Shown: one piece after another, positions 28,101 through 40,900 of the stretch
Layout of the letters: each line of letters starts with the position of its first letter
Numbering within the stretch: position 1 is the first letter of the stretch
Program-made: the position numbers and the translations under genes
Source of the DNA: Naegleria gruberi
Lineage: Eukaryota
Direction: 5' to 3' (one strand)
Length of the DNA stretch: 44,269 nt
NCBI GenBank assembly: GCA_000004985.1
Contig: GG738942.1
Notes under the pieces: generated by a model
What the model saw: the letters and a program-made list of their open reading frames with translations, nothing else
Databases searched by the model: none
What the model was told of the DNA's origin: nothing

Positions 28101-31100
28101 NNNNNNNNNNNNNNNNNNNNNNNNNNNNNNNNNNNNNNNNNNNNNNNNNNNNNNNNNNNNNNNNNNNNNNNNNNNNNNNNNNNNNNNNNNNNNNNNNNNN
28201 NNNNNNNNNNNNNNNNNNNNNNNNNNNNNNNNNNNNNNNNNNNNNNNNNNNNNNNNNNNNNNNNNNNNNNNNNNNNNNNNNNNNNNNNNNNNNNNNNNNN
28301 NNNNNNNNNNNNNNNNNNNNNNNNNNNNNNNNNNNNNNNNNNNNNNNNNNNNNNNNNNNNNNNNNNNNNNNNNNNNNNNNNNNNNNNNNNNNNNNNNNNN
28401 NNNNNNNNNNNNNNNNNNNNNNNNNNNNNNNNNNNNNNNNNNNNNNNNNNNNNNNNNNNNNNNNNNNNNNNNNNNNNNNNNNNNNNNNNNNNNNNNNNNN
28501 NNNNNNNNNNNNNNNNNNNNNNNNNNNNNNNNNNNNNNNNNNNNNNNNNNNNNNNNNNNNNNNNNNNNNNNNNNNNNNNNNNNNNNNNNNNNNNNNNNNN
28601 NNNNNNNNNNNNNNNNNNNNNNNNNNNNNNNNNNNNNNNNNNNNNNNNNNNNNNNNNNNNNNNNNNNNNNNNNNNNNNNNNNNNNNNNNNNNNNNNNNNN
28701 NNNNNNNNNNNNNNNNNNNNNNNNNNNNNNNNNNNNNNNNNNNNNNNNNNNNNNNNNNNNNNNNNNNNNNNNNNNNNNNNNNNNNNNNNNNNNNNNNNNN
28801 NNNNNNNNNNNNNNNNNNNNNNNNNNNNNNNNNNNNNNNNNNNNNNNNNNNNNNNNNNNNNNNNNNNNNNNNNNNNNNNNNNNNNNNNNNNNNNNNNNNN
28901 NNNNNNNNNNNNNNNNNNNNNNNNNNNNNNNNNNNNNNNNNNNNNNNNNNNNNNNNNNNNNNNNNNNNNNNNNNNNNNNNNNNNNNNNNNNNNNNNNNNN
29001 NNNNNNNNNNNNNNNNNNNNNNNNNNNNNNNNNNNNNNNNNNNNNNNNNNNNNNNNNNNNNNNNNNNNNNNNNNNNNNNNNNNNNNNNNNNNNNNNNNNN
29101 NNNNNNNNNNNNNNNNNNNNNNNNNNNNNNNNNNNNNNNNNNNNNNNNNNNNNNNNNNNNNNNNNNNNNNNNNNNNNNNNNNNNNNNNNNNNNNNNNNNN
29201 NNNNNNNNNNNNNNNNNNNNNNNNNNNNNNNNNNNNNNNNNNNNNNNNNNNNNNNNNNNNNNNNNNNNNNNNNNNNNNNNNNNNNNNNNNNNNNNNNNNN
29301 NNNNNNNNNNNNNNNNNNNNNNNNNNNNNNNNNNNNNNNNNNNNNNNNNNNNNNNNNNNNNNNNNNNNNNNNNNNNNNNNNNNNNNNNNNNNNNNNNNNN
29401 NNNNNNNNNNNNNNNNNNNNNNNNNNNNNNNNNNNNNNNNNNNNNNNNNNNNNNNNNNNNNNNNNNNNNNNNNNNNNNNNNNNNNNNNNNNNNNNNNNNN
29501 NNNNNNNNNNNNNNNNNNNNNNNNNNNNNNNNNNNNNNNNNNNNNNNNNNNNNNNNNNNNNNNNNNNNNNNNNNNNNNNNNNNNNNNNNNNNNNNNNNNN
29601 NNNNNNNNNNNNNNNNNNNNNNNNNNNNNNNNNNNNNNNNNNNNNNNNNNNNNNNNNNNNNNNNNNNNNNNNNNNNNNNNNNNNNNNNNNNNNNNNNNNN
29701 NNNNNNNNNNNNNNNNNNNNNNNNNNNNNNNNNNNNNNNNNNNNNNNNNNNNNNNNNNNNNNNNNNNNNNNNNNNNNNNNNNNNNNNNNNNNNNNNNNNN
29801 NNNNNNNNNNNNNNNNNNNNNNNNNNNNNNNNNNNNNNNNNNNNNNNNNNNNNNNNNNNNNNNNNNNNNNNNNNNNNNNNNNNNNNNNNNNNNNNNNNNN
29901 NNNNNNNNNNNNNNNNNNNNNNNNNNNNNNNNNNNNNNNNNNNNNNNNNNNNNNNNNNNNNNNNNNNNNNNNNNNNNNNNNNNNNNNNNNNNNNNNNNNN
30001 NNNNNNNNNNNNNNNNNNNNNNNNNNNNNNNNNNNNNNNNNNNNNNNNNNNNNNNNNNNNNNNNNNNNNNNNNNNNNNNNNNNNNNNNNNNNNNNNNNNN
30101 NNNNNNNNNNNNNNNNNNNNNNNNNNNNNNNNNNNNNNNNNNNNNNNNNNNNNNNNNNNNNNNNNNNNNNNNNNNNNNNNNNNNNNNNNNNNNNNNNNNN
30201 NNNNNNNNNNNNNNNNNNNNNNNNNNNNNNNNNNNNNNNNNNNNNNNNNNNNNNNNNNNNNNNNNNNNNNNNNNNNNNNNNNNNNNNNNNNNNNNNNNNN
30301 NNNNNNNNNNNNNNNNNNNNNNNNNNNNNNNNNNNNNNNNNNNNNNNNNNNNNNNNNNNNNNNNNNNNNNNNNNNNNNNNNNNNNNNNNNNNNNNNNNNN
30401 NNNNNNNNNNNNNNNNNNNNNNNNNNNNNNNNNNNNNNNNNNNNNNNNNNNNNNNNNNNNNNNNNNNNNNNNNNNNNNNNNNNNNNNNNNNNNNNNNNNN
30501 NNNNNNNNNNNNNNNNNNNNNNNNNNNNNNNNNNNNNNNNNNNNNNNNNNNNNNNNNNNNNNNNNNNNNNNNNNNNNNNNNNNNNNNNNNNNNNNNNNNN
30601 NNNNNNNNNNNNNNNNNNNNNNNNNNNNNNNNNNNNNNNNNNNNNNNNNNNNNNNNNNNNNNNNNNNNNNNNNNNNNNNNNNNNNNNNNNNNNNNNNNNN
30701 NNNNNNNNNNNNNNNNNNNNNNNNNNNNNNNNNNNNNNNNNNNNNNNNNNNNNNNNNNNNNNNNNNNNNNNNNNNNNNNNNNNNNNNNNNNNNNNNNNNN
30801 NNNNNNNNNNNNNNNNNNNNNNNNNNNNNNNNNNNNNNNNNNNNNNNNNNNNNNNNNNNNNNNNNNNNNNNNNNNNNNNNNNNNNNNNNNNNNNNNNNNN
30901 NNNNNNNNNNNNNNNNNNNNNNNNNNNNNNNNNNNNNNNNNNNNNNNNNNNNNNNNNNNNNNNNNNNNNNNNNNNNNNNNNNNNNNNNNNNNNNNNNNNN
31001 NNNNNNNNNNNNNNNNNNNNNNNNNNNNNNNNNNNNNNNNNNNNNNNNNNNNNNNNNNNNNNNNNNNNNNNNNNNNNNNNNNNNNNNNNNNNNNNNNNNN

Positions 31101-34100
31101 NNNNNNNNNNNNNNNNNNNNNNNNNNNNNNNNNNNNNNNNNNNNNNNNNNNNNNNNNNNNNNNNNNNNNNNNNNNNNNNNNNNNNNNNNNNNNNNNNNNN
31201 NNNNNNNNNNNNNNNNNNNNNNNNNNNNNNNNNNNNNNNNNNNNNNNNNNNNNNNNNNNNNNNNNNNNNNNNNNNNNNNNNNNNNNNNNNNNNNNNNNNN
31301 NNNNNNNNNNNNNNNNNNNNNNNNNNNNNNNNNNNNNNNNNNNNNNNNNNNNNNNNNNNNNNNNNNNNNNNNNNNNNNNNNNNNNNNNNNNNNNNNNNNN
31401 NNNNNNNNNNNNNNNNNNNNNNNNNNNNNNNNNNNNNNNNNNNNNNNNNNNNNNNNNNNNNNNNNNNNNNNNNNNNNNNNNNNNNNNNNNNNNNNNNNNN
31501 NNNNNNNNNNNNNNNNNNNNNNNNNNNNNNNNNNNNNNNNNNNNNNNNNNNNNNNNNNNNNNNNNNNNNNNNNNNNNNNNNNNNNNNNNNNNNNNNNNNN
31601 NNNNNNNNNNNNNNNNNNNNNNNNNNNNNNNNNNNNNNNNNNNNNNNNNNNNNNNNNNNNNNNNNNNNNNNNNNNNNNNNNNNNNNNNNNNNNNNNNNNN
31701 NNNNNNNNNNNNNNNNNNNNNNNNNNNNNNNNNNNNNNNNNNNNNNNNNNNNNNNNNNNNNNNNNNNNNNNNNNNNNNNNNNNNNNNNNNNNNNNNNNNN
31801 NNNNNNNNNNNNNNNNNNNNNNNNNNNNNNNNNNNNNNNNNNNNNNNNNNNNNNNNNNNNNNNNNNNNNNNNNNNNNNNNNNNNNNNNNNNNNNNNNNNN
31901 NNNNNNNNNNNNNNNNNNNNNNNNNNNNNNNNNNNNNNNNNNNNNNNNNNNNNNNNNNNNNNNNNNNNNNNNNNNNNNNNNNNNNNNNNNNNNNNNNNNN
32001 NNNNNNNNNNNNNNNNNNNNNNNNNNNNNNNNNNNNNNNNNNNNNNNNNNNNNNNNNNNNNNNNNNNNNNNNNNNNNNNNNNNNNNNNNNNNNNNNNNNN
32101 NNNNNNNNNNNNNNNNNNNNNNNNNNNNNNNNNNNNNNNNNNNNNNNNNNNNNNNNNNNNNNNNNNNNNNNNNNNNNNNNNNNNNNNNNNNNNNNNNNNN
32201 NNNNNNNNNNNNNNNNNNNNNNNNNNNNNNNNNNNNNNNNNNNNNNNNNNNNNNNNNNNNNNNNNNNNNNNNNNNNNNNNNNNNNNNNNNNNNNNNNNNN
32301 NNNNNNNNNNNNNNNNNNNNNNNNNNNNNNNNNNNNNNNNNNNNNNNNNNNNNNNNNNNNNNNNNNNNNNNNNNNNNNNNNNNNNNNNNNNNNNNNNNNN
32401 NNNNNNNNNNNNNNNNNNNNNNNNNNNNNNNNNNNNNNNNNNNNNNNNNNNNNNNNNNNNNNNNNNNNNNNNNNNNNNNNNNNNNNNNNNNNNNNNNNNN
32501 NNNNNNNNNNNNNNNNNNNNNNNNNNNNNNNNNNNNNNNNNNNNNNNNNNNNNNNNNNNNNNNNNNNNNNNNNNNNNNNNNNNNNNNNNNNNNNNNNNNN
32601 NNNNNNNNNNNNNNNNNNNNNNNNNNNNNNNNNNNNNNNNNNNNNNNNNNNNNNNNNNNNNNNNNNNNNNNNNNNNNNNNNNNNNNNNNNNNNNNNNNNN
32701 NNNNNNNNNNNNNNNNNNNNNNNNNNNNNNNNNNNNNNNNNNNNNNNNNNNNNNNNNNNNNNNNNNNNNNNNNNNNNNNNNNNNNNNNNNNNNNNNNNNN
32801 NNNNNNNNNNNNNNNNNNNNNNNNNNNNNNNNNNNNNNNNNNNNNNNNNNNNNNNNNNNNNNNNNNNNNNNNNNNNNNNNNNNNNNNNNNNNNNNNNNNN
32901 NNNNNNNNNNNNNNNNNNNNNNNNNNNNNNNNNNNNNNNNNNNNNNNNNNNNNNNNNNNNNNNNNNNNNNNNNNNNNNNNNNNNNNNNNNNNNNNNNNNN
33001 NNNNNNNNNNNNNNNNNNNNNNNNNNNNNNNNNNNNNNNNNNNNNNNNNNNNNNNNNNNNNNNNNNNNNNNNNNNNNNNNNNNNNNNNNNNNNNNNNNNN
33101 NNNNNNNNNNNNNNNNNNNNNNNNNNNNNNNNNNNNNNNNNNNNNNNNNNNNNNNNNNNNNNNNNNNNNNNNNNNNNNNNNNNNNNNNNNNNNNNNNNNN
33201 NNNNNNNNNNNNNNNNNNNNNNNNNNNNNNNNNNNNNNNNNNNNNNNNNNNNNNNNNNNNNNNNNNNNNNNNNNNNNNNNNNNNNNNNNNNNNNNNNNNN
33301 NNNNNNNNNNNNNNNNNNNNNNNNNNNNNNNNNNNNNNNNNNNNNNNNNNNNNNNNNNNNNNNNNNNNNNNNNNNNNNNNNNNNNNNNNNNNNNNNNNNN
33401 NNNNNNNNNNNNNNNNNNNNNNNNNNNNNNNNNNNNNNNNNNNNNNNNNNNNNNNNNNNNNNNNNNNNNNNNNNNNNNNNNNNNNNNNNNNNNNNNNNNN
33501 NNNNNNNNNNNNNNNNNNNNNNNNNNNNNNNNNNNNNNNNNNNNNNNNNNNNNNNNNNNNNNNNNNNNNNNNNNNNNNNNNNNNNNNNNNNNNNNNNNNN
33601 NNNNNNNNNNNNNNNNNNNNNNNNNNNNNNNNNNNNNNNNNNNNNNNNNNNNNNNNNNNNNNNNNNNNNNNNNNNNNNNNNNNNNNNNNNNNNNNNNNNN
33701 NNNNNNNNNNNNNNNNNNNNNNNNNNNNNNNNNNNNNNNNNNNNNNNNNNNNNNNNNNNNNNNNNNNNNNNNNNNNNNNNNNNNNNNNNNNNNNNNNNNN
33801 NNNNNNNNNNNNNNNNNNNNNNNNNNNNNNNNNNNNNNNNNNNNNNNNNNNNNNNNNNNNNNNNNNNNNNNNNNNNNNNNNNNNNNNNNNNNNNNNNNNN
33901 NNNNNNNNNNNNNNNNNNNNNNNNNNNNNNNNNNNNNNNNNNNNNNNNNNNNNNNNNNNNNNNNNNNNNNNNNNNNNNNNNNNNNNNNNNNNNNNNNNNN
34001 NNNNNNNNNNNNNNNNNNNNNNNNNNNNNNNNNNNNNNNNNNNNNNNNNNNNNNNNNNNNNNNNNNNNNNNNNNNNNNNNNNNNNNNNNNNNNNNNNNNN

Positions 34101-36037
34101 NNNNNNNNNNNNNNNNNNNNNNNNNNNNNNNNNNNNNNNNNNNNNNNNNNNNNNNNNNNNNNNNNNNNNNNNNNNNNNNNNNNNNNNNNNNNNNNNNNNN
34201 NNNNNNNNNNNNNNNNNNNNNNNNNNNNNNNNNNNNNNNNNNNNNNNNNNNNNNNNNNNNNNNNNNNNNNNNNNNNNNNNNNNNNNNNNNNNNNNNNNNN
34301 NNNNNNNNNNNNNNNNNNNNNNNNNNNNNNNNNNNNNNNNNNNNNNNNNNNNNNNNNNNNNNNNNNNNNNNNNNNNNNNNNNNNNNNNNNNNNNNNNNNN
34401 NNNNNNNNNNNNNNNNNNNNNNNNNNNNNNNNNNNNNNNNNNNNNNNNNNNNNNNNNNNNNNNNNNNNNNNNNNNNNNNNNNNNNNNNNNNNNNNNNNNN
34501 NNNNNNNNNNNNNNNNNNNNNNNNNNNNNNNNNNNNNNNNNNNNNNNNNNNNNNNNNNNNNNNNNNNNNNNNNNNNNNNNNNNNNNNNNNNNNNNNNNNN
34601 NNNNNNNNNNNNNNNNNNNNNNNNNNNNNNNNNNNNNNNNNNNNNNNNNNNNNNNNNNNNNNNNNNNNNNNNNNNNNNNNNNNNNNNNNNNNNNNNNNNN
34701 NNNNNNNNNNNNNNNNNNNNNNNNNNNNNNNNNNNNNNNNNNNNNNNNNNNNNNNNNNNNNNNNNNNNNNNNNNNNNNNNNNNNNNNNNNNNNNNNNNNN
34801 NNNNNNNNNNNNNNNNNNNNNNNNNNNNNNNNNNNNNNNNNNNNNNNNNNNNNNNNNNNNNNNNNNNNNNNNNNNNNNNNNNNNNNNNNNNNNNNNNNNN
34901 NNNNNNNNNNNNNNNNNNNNNNNNNNNNNNNNNNNNNNNNNNNNNNNNNNNNNNNNNNNNNNNNNNNNNNNNNNNNNNNNNNNNNNNNNNNNNNNNNNNN
35001 NNNNNNNNNNNNNNNNNNNNNNNNNNNNNNNNNNNNNNNNNNNNNNNNNNNNNNNNNNNNNNNNNNNNNNNNNNNNNNNNNNNNNNNNNNNNNNNNNNNN
35101 NNNNNNNNNNNNNNNNNNNNNNNNNNNNNNNNNNNNNNNNNNNNNNNNNNNNNNNNNNNNNNNNNNNNNNNNNNNNNNNNNNNNNNNNNNNNNNNNNNNN
35201 NNNNNNNNNNNNNNNNNNNNNNNNNNNNNNNNNNNNNNNNNNNNNNNNNNNNNNNNNNNNNNNNNNNNNNNNNNNNNNNNNNNNNNNNNNNNNNNNNNNN
35301 NNNNNNNNNNNNNNNNNNNNNNNNNNNNNNNNNNNNNNNNNNNNNNNNNNNNNNNNNNNNNNNNNNNNNNNNNNNNNNNNNNNNNNNNNNNNNNNNNNNN
35401 NNNNNNNNNNNNNNNNNNNNNNNNNNNNNNNNNNNNNNNNNNNNNNNNNNNNNNNNNNNNNNNNNNNNNNNNNNNNNNNNNNNNNNNNNNNNNNNNNNNN
35501 NNNNNNNNNNNNNNNNNNNNNNNNNNNNNNNNNNNNNNNNNNNNNNNNNNNNNNNNNNNNNNNNNNNNNNNNNNNNNNNNNNNNNNNNNNNNNNNNNNNN
35601 NNNNNNNNNNNNNNNNNNNNNNNNNNNNNNNNNNNNNNNNNNNNNNNNNNNNNNNNNNNNNNNNNNNNNNNNNNNNNNNNNNNNNNNNNNNNNNNNNNNN
35701 NNNNNNNNNNNNNNNNNNNNNNNNNNNNNNNNNNNNNNNNNNNNNNNNNNNNNNNNNNNNNNNNNNNNNNNNNNNNNNNNNNNNNNNNNNNNNNNNNNNN
35801 NNNNNNNNNNNNNNNNNNNNNNNNNNNNNNNNNNNNNNNNNNNNNNNNNNNNNNNNNNNNNNNNNNNNNNNNNNNNNNNNNNNNNNNNNNNNNNNNNNNN
35901 NNNNNNNNNNNNNNNNNNNNNNNNNNNNNNNNNNNNNNNNNNNNNNNNNNNNNNNNNNNNNNNNNNNNNNNNNNNNNNNNNNNNNNNNNNNNNNNNNNNN
36001 NNNNNNNNNNNNNNNNNNNNNNNNNNNNNNNNNNNNN
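16115..36037. other. N run of 19,923 nt, a scaffold gap. It hides the C-terminus of the dephospho-CoA kinase gene and whatever lies 3' of the calponin gene.
   Basis: Unbroken n characters. An ATG at 16082 (MSLFFDASFFD) opens a frame into it. The minus-strand DPCK exon 3 runs into it from the other side. Confidence 0.95.
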
Positions 36038-36435
36038 CTGATCCAATGTTAAATTATGAGTATCCAAGTAGGTCACTTCAATTGGATTATGTGGAATGAC
36101 ATTATCATTATAGTGAGCTAATTTTTCAAGCACAACAGATGCAATTGCTTGTGAATTGATTCTTTGTTTTGCTTCCTCAATGGTCAATTGATTTCTACTG
36201 CAGAGTCTTTGAATTCTCTCCTCTGTATTACTCACATCAATGACCCAAACTTTATCAATTCCTTGTTGCCATTCAGCATCGACTAGAACTGCTGATTCAA
36301 TTAGGCAGACAACCTTCTCATTGATGGCTTCTTGTTCAGCCTTGGAGATTTCCACATTGATTAATCGTTTAACTTCTGGCCATACAATATCTGTGAGTTT
36401 CTTCATCAATTCCGAATTTCCAAATACTACCCTCC
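36038..36435 (-). CDS. CAB5: Dephospho-CoA kinase (CoaE/CAB5), exon 3; C-terminus truncated by the N run
   Basis: GRVVFGNSELMKKLTDIVWPEVKRLINVEISK...VWVIDVSNTEERIQRLCSRNQLTIEEAKQRINSQ... aligns to DPCK (yeast Cab5 REALGKWVFSHKEDLQALNGITHPAIR; E. coli RRALRERIFANPEE...HPLI). I chose the acceptor AAAUAG|GG at 36436 over GGGUAG|UA at 36427 because it restores the conserved GR/GK residues with no alignment gap. Confidence 0.75.
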
Positions 36436-36560
36436 CTATTTGTTGTTATTAATCATTATTCAATAATCCAATATTAAATTATTAAATTATTAAATTAATT
36501 ATTAAATAATTATTTTGATCATGTATACAGAGGTGAGAATAGATTATATAATATAATTAC

Positions 36561-36830
36561 CTAACATTCTTCTATTAATTTGTTGTTGTTCATCCAGAAG
36601 AGAAGCCTCCTCTCCTACAATTTGCTTCACTAGAGGAGTAAAAACCTCAACAACCTGTTTATAACATTCAGTGCCAACACTATAGGCTTTCCAACCCAAT
36701 TCATCAGTAGGAATAACATGGAAGAATATCTTGTGGTGCTCTGATGGTGATTGTGAGTGTAATTGTTCATATTCCTTGATGAGTTCGCCCAGATAGGATA
36801 CGACAGTACTCTTTCCAGAGCAAATACCTC
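36561..36830 (-). CDS. CAB5: Dephospho-CoA kinase, exon 2
   Basis: G|GICSGKSTVVSYLGEL...HVIPTDELGWKAYSVGTECYKQVVEVF...ASLLDEQQQINRRML. The P-loop continues from exon 1. Flanked by intron 1 (36902-36831, GTATGT...AACACAG) and intron 2 (36560-36436, GTAATT...AAATAG). Phase-1 junctions on both sides keep the frame. Confidence 0.75.
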
Positions 36831-36902
36831 CTGTGTTGTTTTATTACGTAATATAACGTTGTTGATGAAGATGATAAATACATCAGCAATAATAACACAT
36901 AC

Positions 36903-36945
36903 CTGTTAATCCAACAGATTTCAATCTTTTAGGCTGACTCGACAT
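36903..36945 (-). CDS. CAB5: Dephospho-CoA kinase, exon 1 (MSSQPKRLKSVGLTG)
   Basis: ATG at 36945-36943, then MSSQPKRLKSVGLTG|gtatgtg. Joining to exon 2 gives GLTGGICSGKST, the DPCK Walker A motif. Confidence 0.75.
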
Positions 36946-37136
36946 TTTGTTTTTTTCTTCTATGATTATTATCAATAGTTCATGAACTTTTGTTCCGCAC
37001 ACTACTAGTTAAAAGTTCTCTCTCATCATGTTTTACCATTAATAATTTAATAAATAATAAATTGTAAAGTATGATGATGAGGTAATTGCCACCAATAAGC
37101 AAGATTTTGGTTTTGATGAAATCATAAGAACAAAAA
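36946..37136. promoter_or_regulatory. 191-bp divergent intergenic region shared by the DPCK (-) and BET2 (+) start codons; presumed bidirectional promoter
   Basis: Opposed ATGs at 36945 and 37137 with AT-rich sequence between them. Confidence 0.45.
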
Positions 37137-37920
37137 ATGAGTCAACAACAAACATCACCATCATCTTCAGTACAAGAATTTGCCAAACATGCACACATTG
37201 ATTATATTCAACATTTAGAGGAGAAGGAACAAACAACCTTCGAGTATTGTGTTACGGAACATTTGAGAATGTCGGGAATGTATTGGGGATTAACAGGTAT
37301 GGATTTGATGAGTGAATCATCGAAAATGAATAGAGAACATATTTTGCAATTTATTAGAGATAGTTATCATGCTGATGTTGGTGGGTTTGCTGGAGCTCCT
37401 AATCATGATGCTCATATTTTGTATACATTATCAGCAGTTCAATTATTGGTTCTCTTGACAAGTAATATTGAAGAGTTTTTAACTCTTGAACAAATTGAAA
37501 AAATTGGTGAATTTATTGGATCTTTACAAAAGGAAGATGGTAGTTTTTCAGGAGATAAATGGGGAGAAATTGACACAAGATTTAGTTATTGTGCACTCAA
37601 TTGTTTAGCATTATTGGGTCTTCTTGAAACTTGTTCAAATTATAGAGGTGACAAGATCAATAATAAGAAATATATCAATGTAGAAAAAACTGTAGATTAT
37701 GTACTTTCATGCCAAAACTTTGATGGAGGATTTGGTGTTTGTCCTGGAGCTGAATCACATGCTGGACAAATTTTTACTTGTGTTGGTGCCTTGTCAATTG
37801 CCAAAGCATTGGATAGATTTGATCATGATACTCTTTCATGGTGGTTGTGTGAAAGACAATGCGAAAATGGAGGTCTCAATGGTAGACCAGAAAAACTTTC
37901 AGATGTCTGTTACTCGTGGT
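37137..37920 (+). CDS. BET2: Rab geranylgeranyltransferase (GGTase-II) beta subunit, N-terminal 261 aa; the rest is in the N run
   Basis: ...HIDYIQHLEEKEQTTFEYCVTEHLRMSGMYWGLTGMDLM...HDAHILYTLSAVQLL...SLQKEDGSFSGDKWGEIDTRFSYCALNCLALLG...VLSCQNFDGGFGVCPGAESHAGQIFTCVGALSIA...WWLCERQCENGGLNGRPEKLSDVCYSW. This is collinear with yeast Bet2/RABGGTB prenyltransferase beta repeats (FEYWLTEHLRLNGIYWGLTAL...LQKEDGSFQGDRFGEVDTRF...[56 protein letters not shown]). Confidence 0.9.
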
Positions 37921-40900
37921 NNNNNNNNNNNNNNNNNNNNNNNNNNNNNNNNNNNNNNNNNNNNNNNNNNNNNNNNNNNNNNNNNNNNNNNNNNNNNNNN
38001 NNNNNNNNNNNNNNNNNNNNNNNNNNNNNNNNNNNNNNNNNNNNNNNNNNNNNNNNNNNNNNNNNNNNNNNNNNNNNNNNNNNNNNNNNNNNNNNNNNNN
38101 NNNNNNNNNNNNNNNNNNNNNNNNNNNNNNNNNNNNNNNNNNNNNNNNNNNNNNNNNNNNNNNNNNNNNNNNNNNNNNNNNNNNNNNNNNNNNNNNNNNN
38201 NNNNNNNNNNNNNNNNNNNNNNNNNNNNNNNNNNNNNNNNNNNNNNNNNNNNNNNNNNNNNNNNNNNNNNNNNNNNNNNNNNNNNNNNNNNNNNNNNNNN
38301 NNNNNNNNNNNNNNNNNNNNNNNNNNNNNNNNNNNNNNNNNNNNNNNNNNNNNNNNNNNNNNNNNNNNNNNNNNNNNNNNNNNNNNNNNNNNNNNNNNNN
38401 NNNNNNNNNNNNNNNNNNNNNNNNNNNNNNNNNNNNNNNNNNNNNNNNNNNNNNNNNNNNNNNNNNNNNNNNNNNNNNNNNNNNNNNNNNNNNNNNNNNN
38501 NNNNNNNNNNNNNNNNNNNNNNNNNNNNNNNNNNNNNNNNNNNNNNNNNNNNNNNNNNNNNNNNNNNNNNNNNNNNNNNNNNNNNNNNNNNNNNNNNNNN
38601 NNNNNNNNNNNNNNNNNNNNNNNNNNNNNNNNNNNNNNNNNNNNNNNNNNNNNNNNNNNNNNNNNNNNNNNNNNNNNNNNNNNNNNNNNNNNNNNNNNNN
38701 NNNNNNNNNNNNNNNNNNNNNNNNNNNNNNNNNNNNNNNNNNNNNNNNNNNNNNNNNNNNNNNNNNNNNNNNNNNNNNNNNNNNNNNNNNNNNNNNNNNN
38801 NNNNNNNNNNNNNNNNNNNNNNNNNNNNNNNNNNNNNNNNNNNNNNNNNNNNNNNNNNNNNNNNNNNNNNNNNNNNNNNNNNNNNNNNNNNNNNNNNNNN
38901 NNNNNNNNNNNNNNNNNNNNNNNNNNNNNNNNNNNNNNNNNNNNNNNNNNNNNNNNNNNNNNNNNNNNNNNNNNNNNNNNNNNNNNNNNNNNNNNNNNNN
39001 NNNNNNNNNNNNNNNNNNNNNNNNNNNNNNNNNNNNNNNNNNNNNNNNNNNNNNNNNNNNNNNNNNNNNNNNNNNNNNNNNNNNNNNNNNNNNNNNNNNN
39101 NNNNNNNNNNNNNNNNNNNNNNNNNNNNNNNNNNNNNNNNNNNNNNNNNNNNNNNNNNNNNNNNNNNNNNNNNNNNNNNNNNNNNNNNNNNNNNNNNNNN
39201 NNNNNNNNNNNNNNNNNNNNNNNNNNNNNNNNNNNNNNNNNNNNNNNNNNNNNNNNNNNNNNNNNNNNNNNNNNNNNNNNNNNNNNNNNNNNNNNNNNNN
39301 NNNNNNNNNNNNNNNNNNNNNNNNNNNNNNNNNNNNNNNNNNNNNNNNNNNNNNNNNNNNNNNNNNNNNNNNNNNNNNNNNNNNNNNNNNNNNNNNNNNN
39401 NNNNNNNNNNNNNNNNNNNNNNNNNNNNNNNNNNNNNNNNNNNNNNNNNNNNNNNNNNNNNNNNNNNNNNNNNNNNNNNNNNNNNNNNNNNNNNNNNNNN
39501 NNNNNNNNNNNNNNNNNNNNNNNNNNNNNNNNNNNNNNNNNNNNNNNNNNNNNNNNNNNNNNNNNNNNNNNNNNNNNNNNNNNNNNNNNNNNNNNNNNNN
39601 NNNNNNNNNNNNNNNNNNNNNNNNNNNNNNNNNNNNNNNNNNNNNNNNNNNNNNNNNNNNNNNNNNNNNNNNNNNNNNNNNNNNNNNNNNNNNNNNNNNN
39701 NNNNNNNNNNNNNNNNNNNNNNNNNNNNNNNNNNNNNNNNNNNNNNNNNNNNNNNNNNNNNNNNNNNNNNNNNNNNNNNNNNNNNNNNNNNNNNNNNNNN
39801 NNNNNNNNNNNNNNNNNNNNNNNNNNNNNNNNNNNNNNNNNNNNNNNNNNNNNNNNNNNNNNNNNNNNNNNNNNNNNNNNNNNNNNNNNNNNNNNNNNNN
39901 NNNNNNNNNNNNNNNNNNNNNNNNNNNNNNNNNNNNNNNNNNNNNNNNNNNNNNNNNNNNNNNNNNNNNNNNNNNNNNNNNNNNNNNNNNNNNNNNNNNN
40001 NNNNNNNNNNNNNNNNNNNNNNNNNNNNNNNNNNNNNNNNNNNNNNNNNNNNNNNNNNNNNNNNNNNNNNNNNNNNNNNNNNNNNNNNNNNNNNNNNNNN
40101 NNNNNNNNNNNNNNNNNNNNNNNNNNNNNNNNNNNNNNNNNNNNNNNNNNNNNNNNNNNNNNNNNNNNNNNNNNNNNNNNNNNNNNNNNNNNNNNNNNNN
40201 NNNNNNNNNNNNNNNNNNNNNNNNNNNNNNNNNNNNNNNNNNNNNNNNNNNNNNNNNNNNNNNNNNNNNNNNNNNNNNNNNNNNNNNNNNNNNNNNNNNN
40301 NNNNNNNNNNNNNNNNNNNNNNNNNNNNNNNNNNNNNNNNNNNNNNNNNNNNNNNNNNNNNNNNNNNNNNNNNNNNNNNNNNNNNNNNNNNNNNNNNNNN
40401 NNNNNNNNNNNNNNNNNNNNNNNNNNNNNNNNNNNNNNNNNNNNNNNNNNNNNNNNNNNNNNNNNNNNNNNNNNNNNNNNNNNNNNNNNNNNNNNNNNNN
40501 NNNNNNNNNNNNNNNNNNNNNNNNNNNNNNNNNNNNNNNNNNNNNNNNNNNNNNNNNNNNNNNNNNNNNNNNNNNNNNNNNNNNNNNNNNNNNNNNNNNN
40601 NNNNNNNNNNNNNNNNNNNNNNNNNNNNNNNNNNNNNNNNNNNNNNNNNNNNNNNNNNNNNNNNNNNNNNNNNNNNNNNNNNNNNNNNNNNNNNNNNNNN
40701 NNNNNNNNNNNNNNNNNNNNNNNNNNNNNNNNNNNNNNNNNNNNNNNNNNNNNNNNNNNNNNNNNNNNNNNNNNNNNNNNNNNNNNNNNNNNNNNNNNNN
40801 NNNNNNNNNNNNNNNNNNNNNNNNNNNNNNNNNNNNNNNNNNNNNNNNNNNNNNNNNNNNNNNNNNNNNNNNNNNNNNNNNNNNNNNNNNNNNNNNNNNN

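Noticed and set aside
16082-36409. Three giant ORFs of about 6650-6770 aa (16082-36052 +, 16095-36041 +, 16088-36409 -) in the six-frame track
   Set aside because: They consist almost entirely of X translated from a 19.9-kb N run. Only the first or last few dozen residues are real; on the minus strand that real part is DPCK exon 3.
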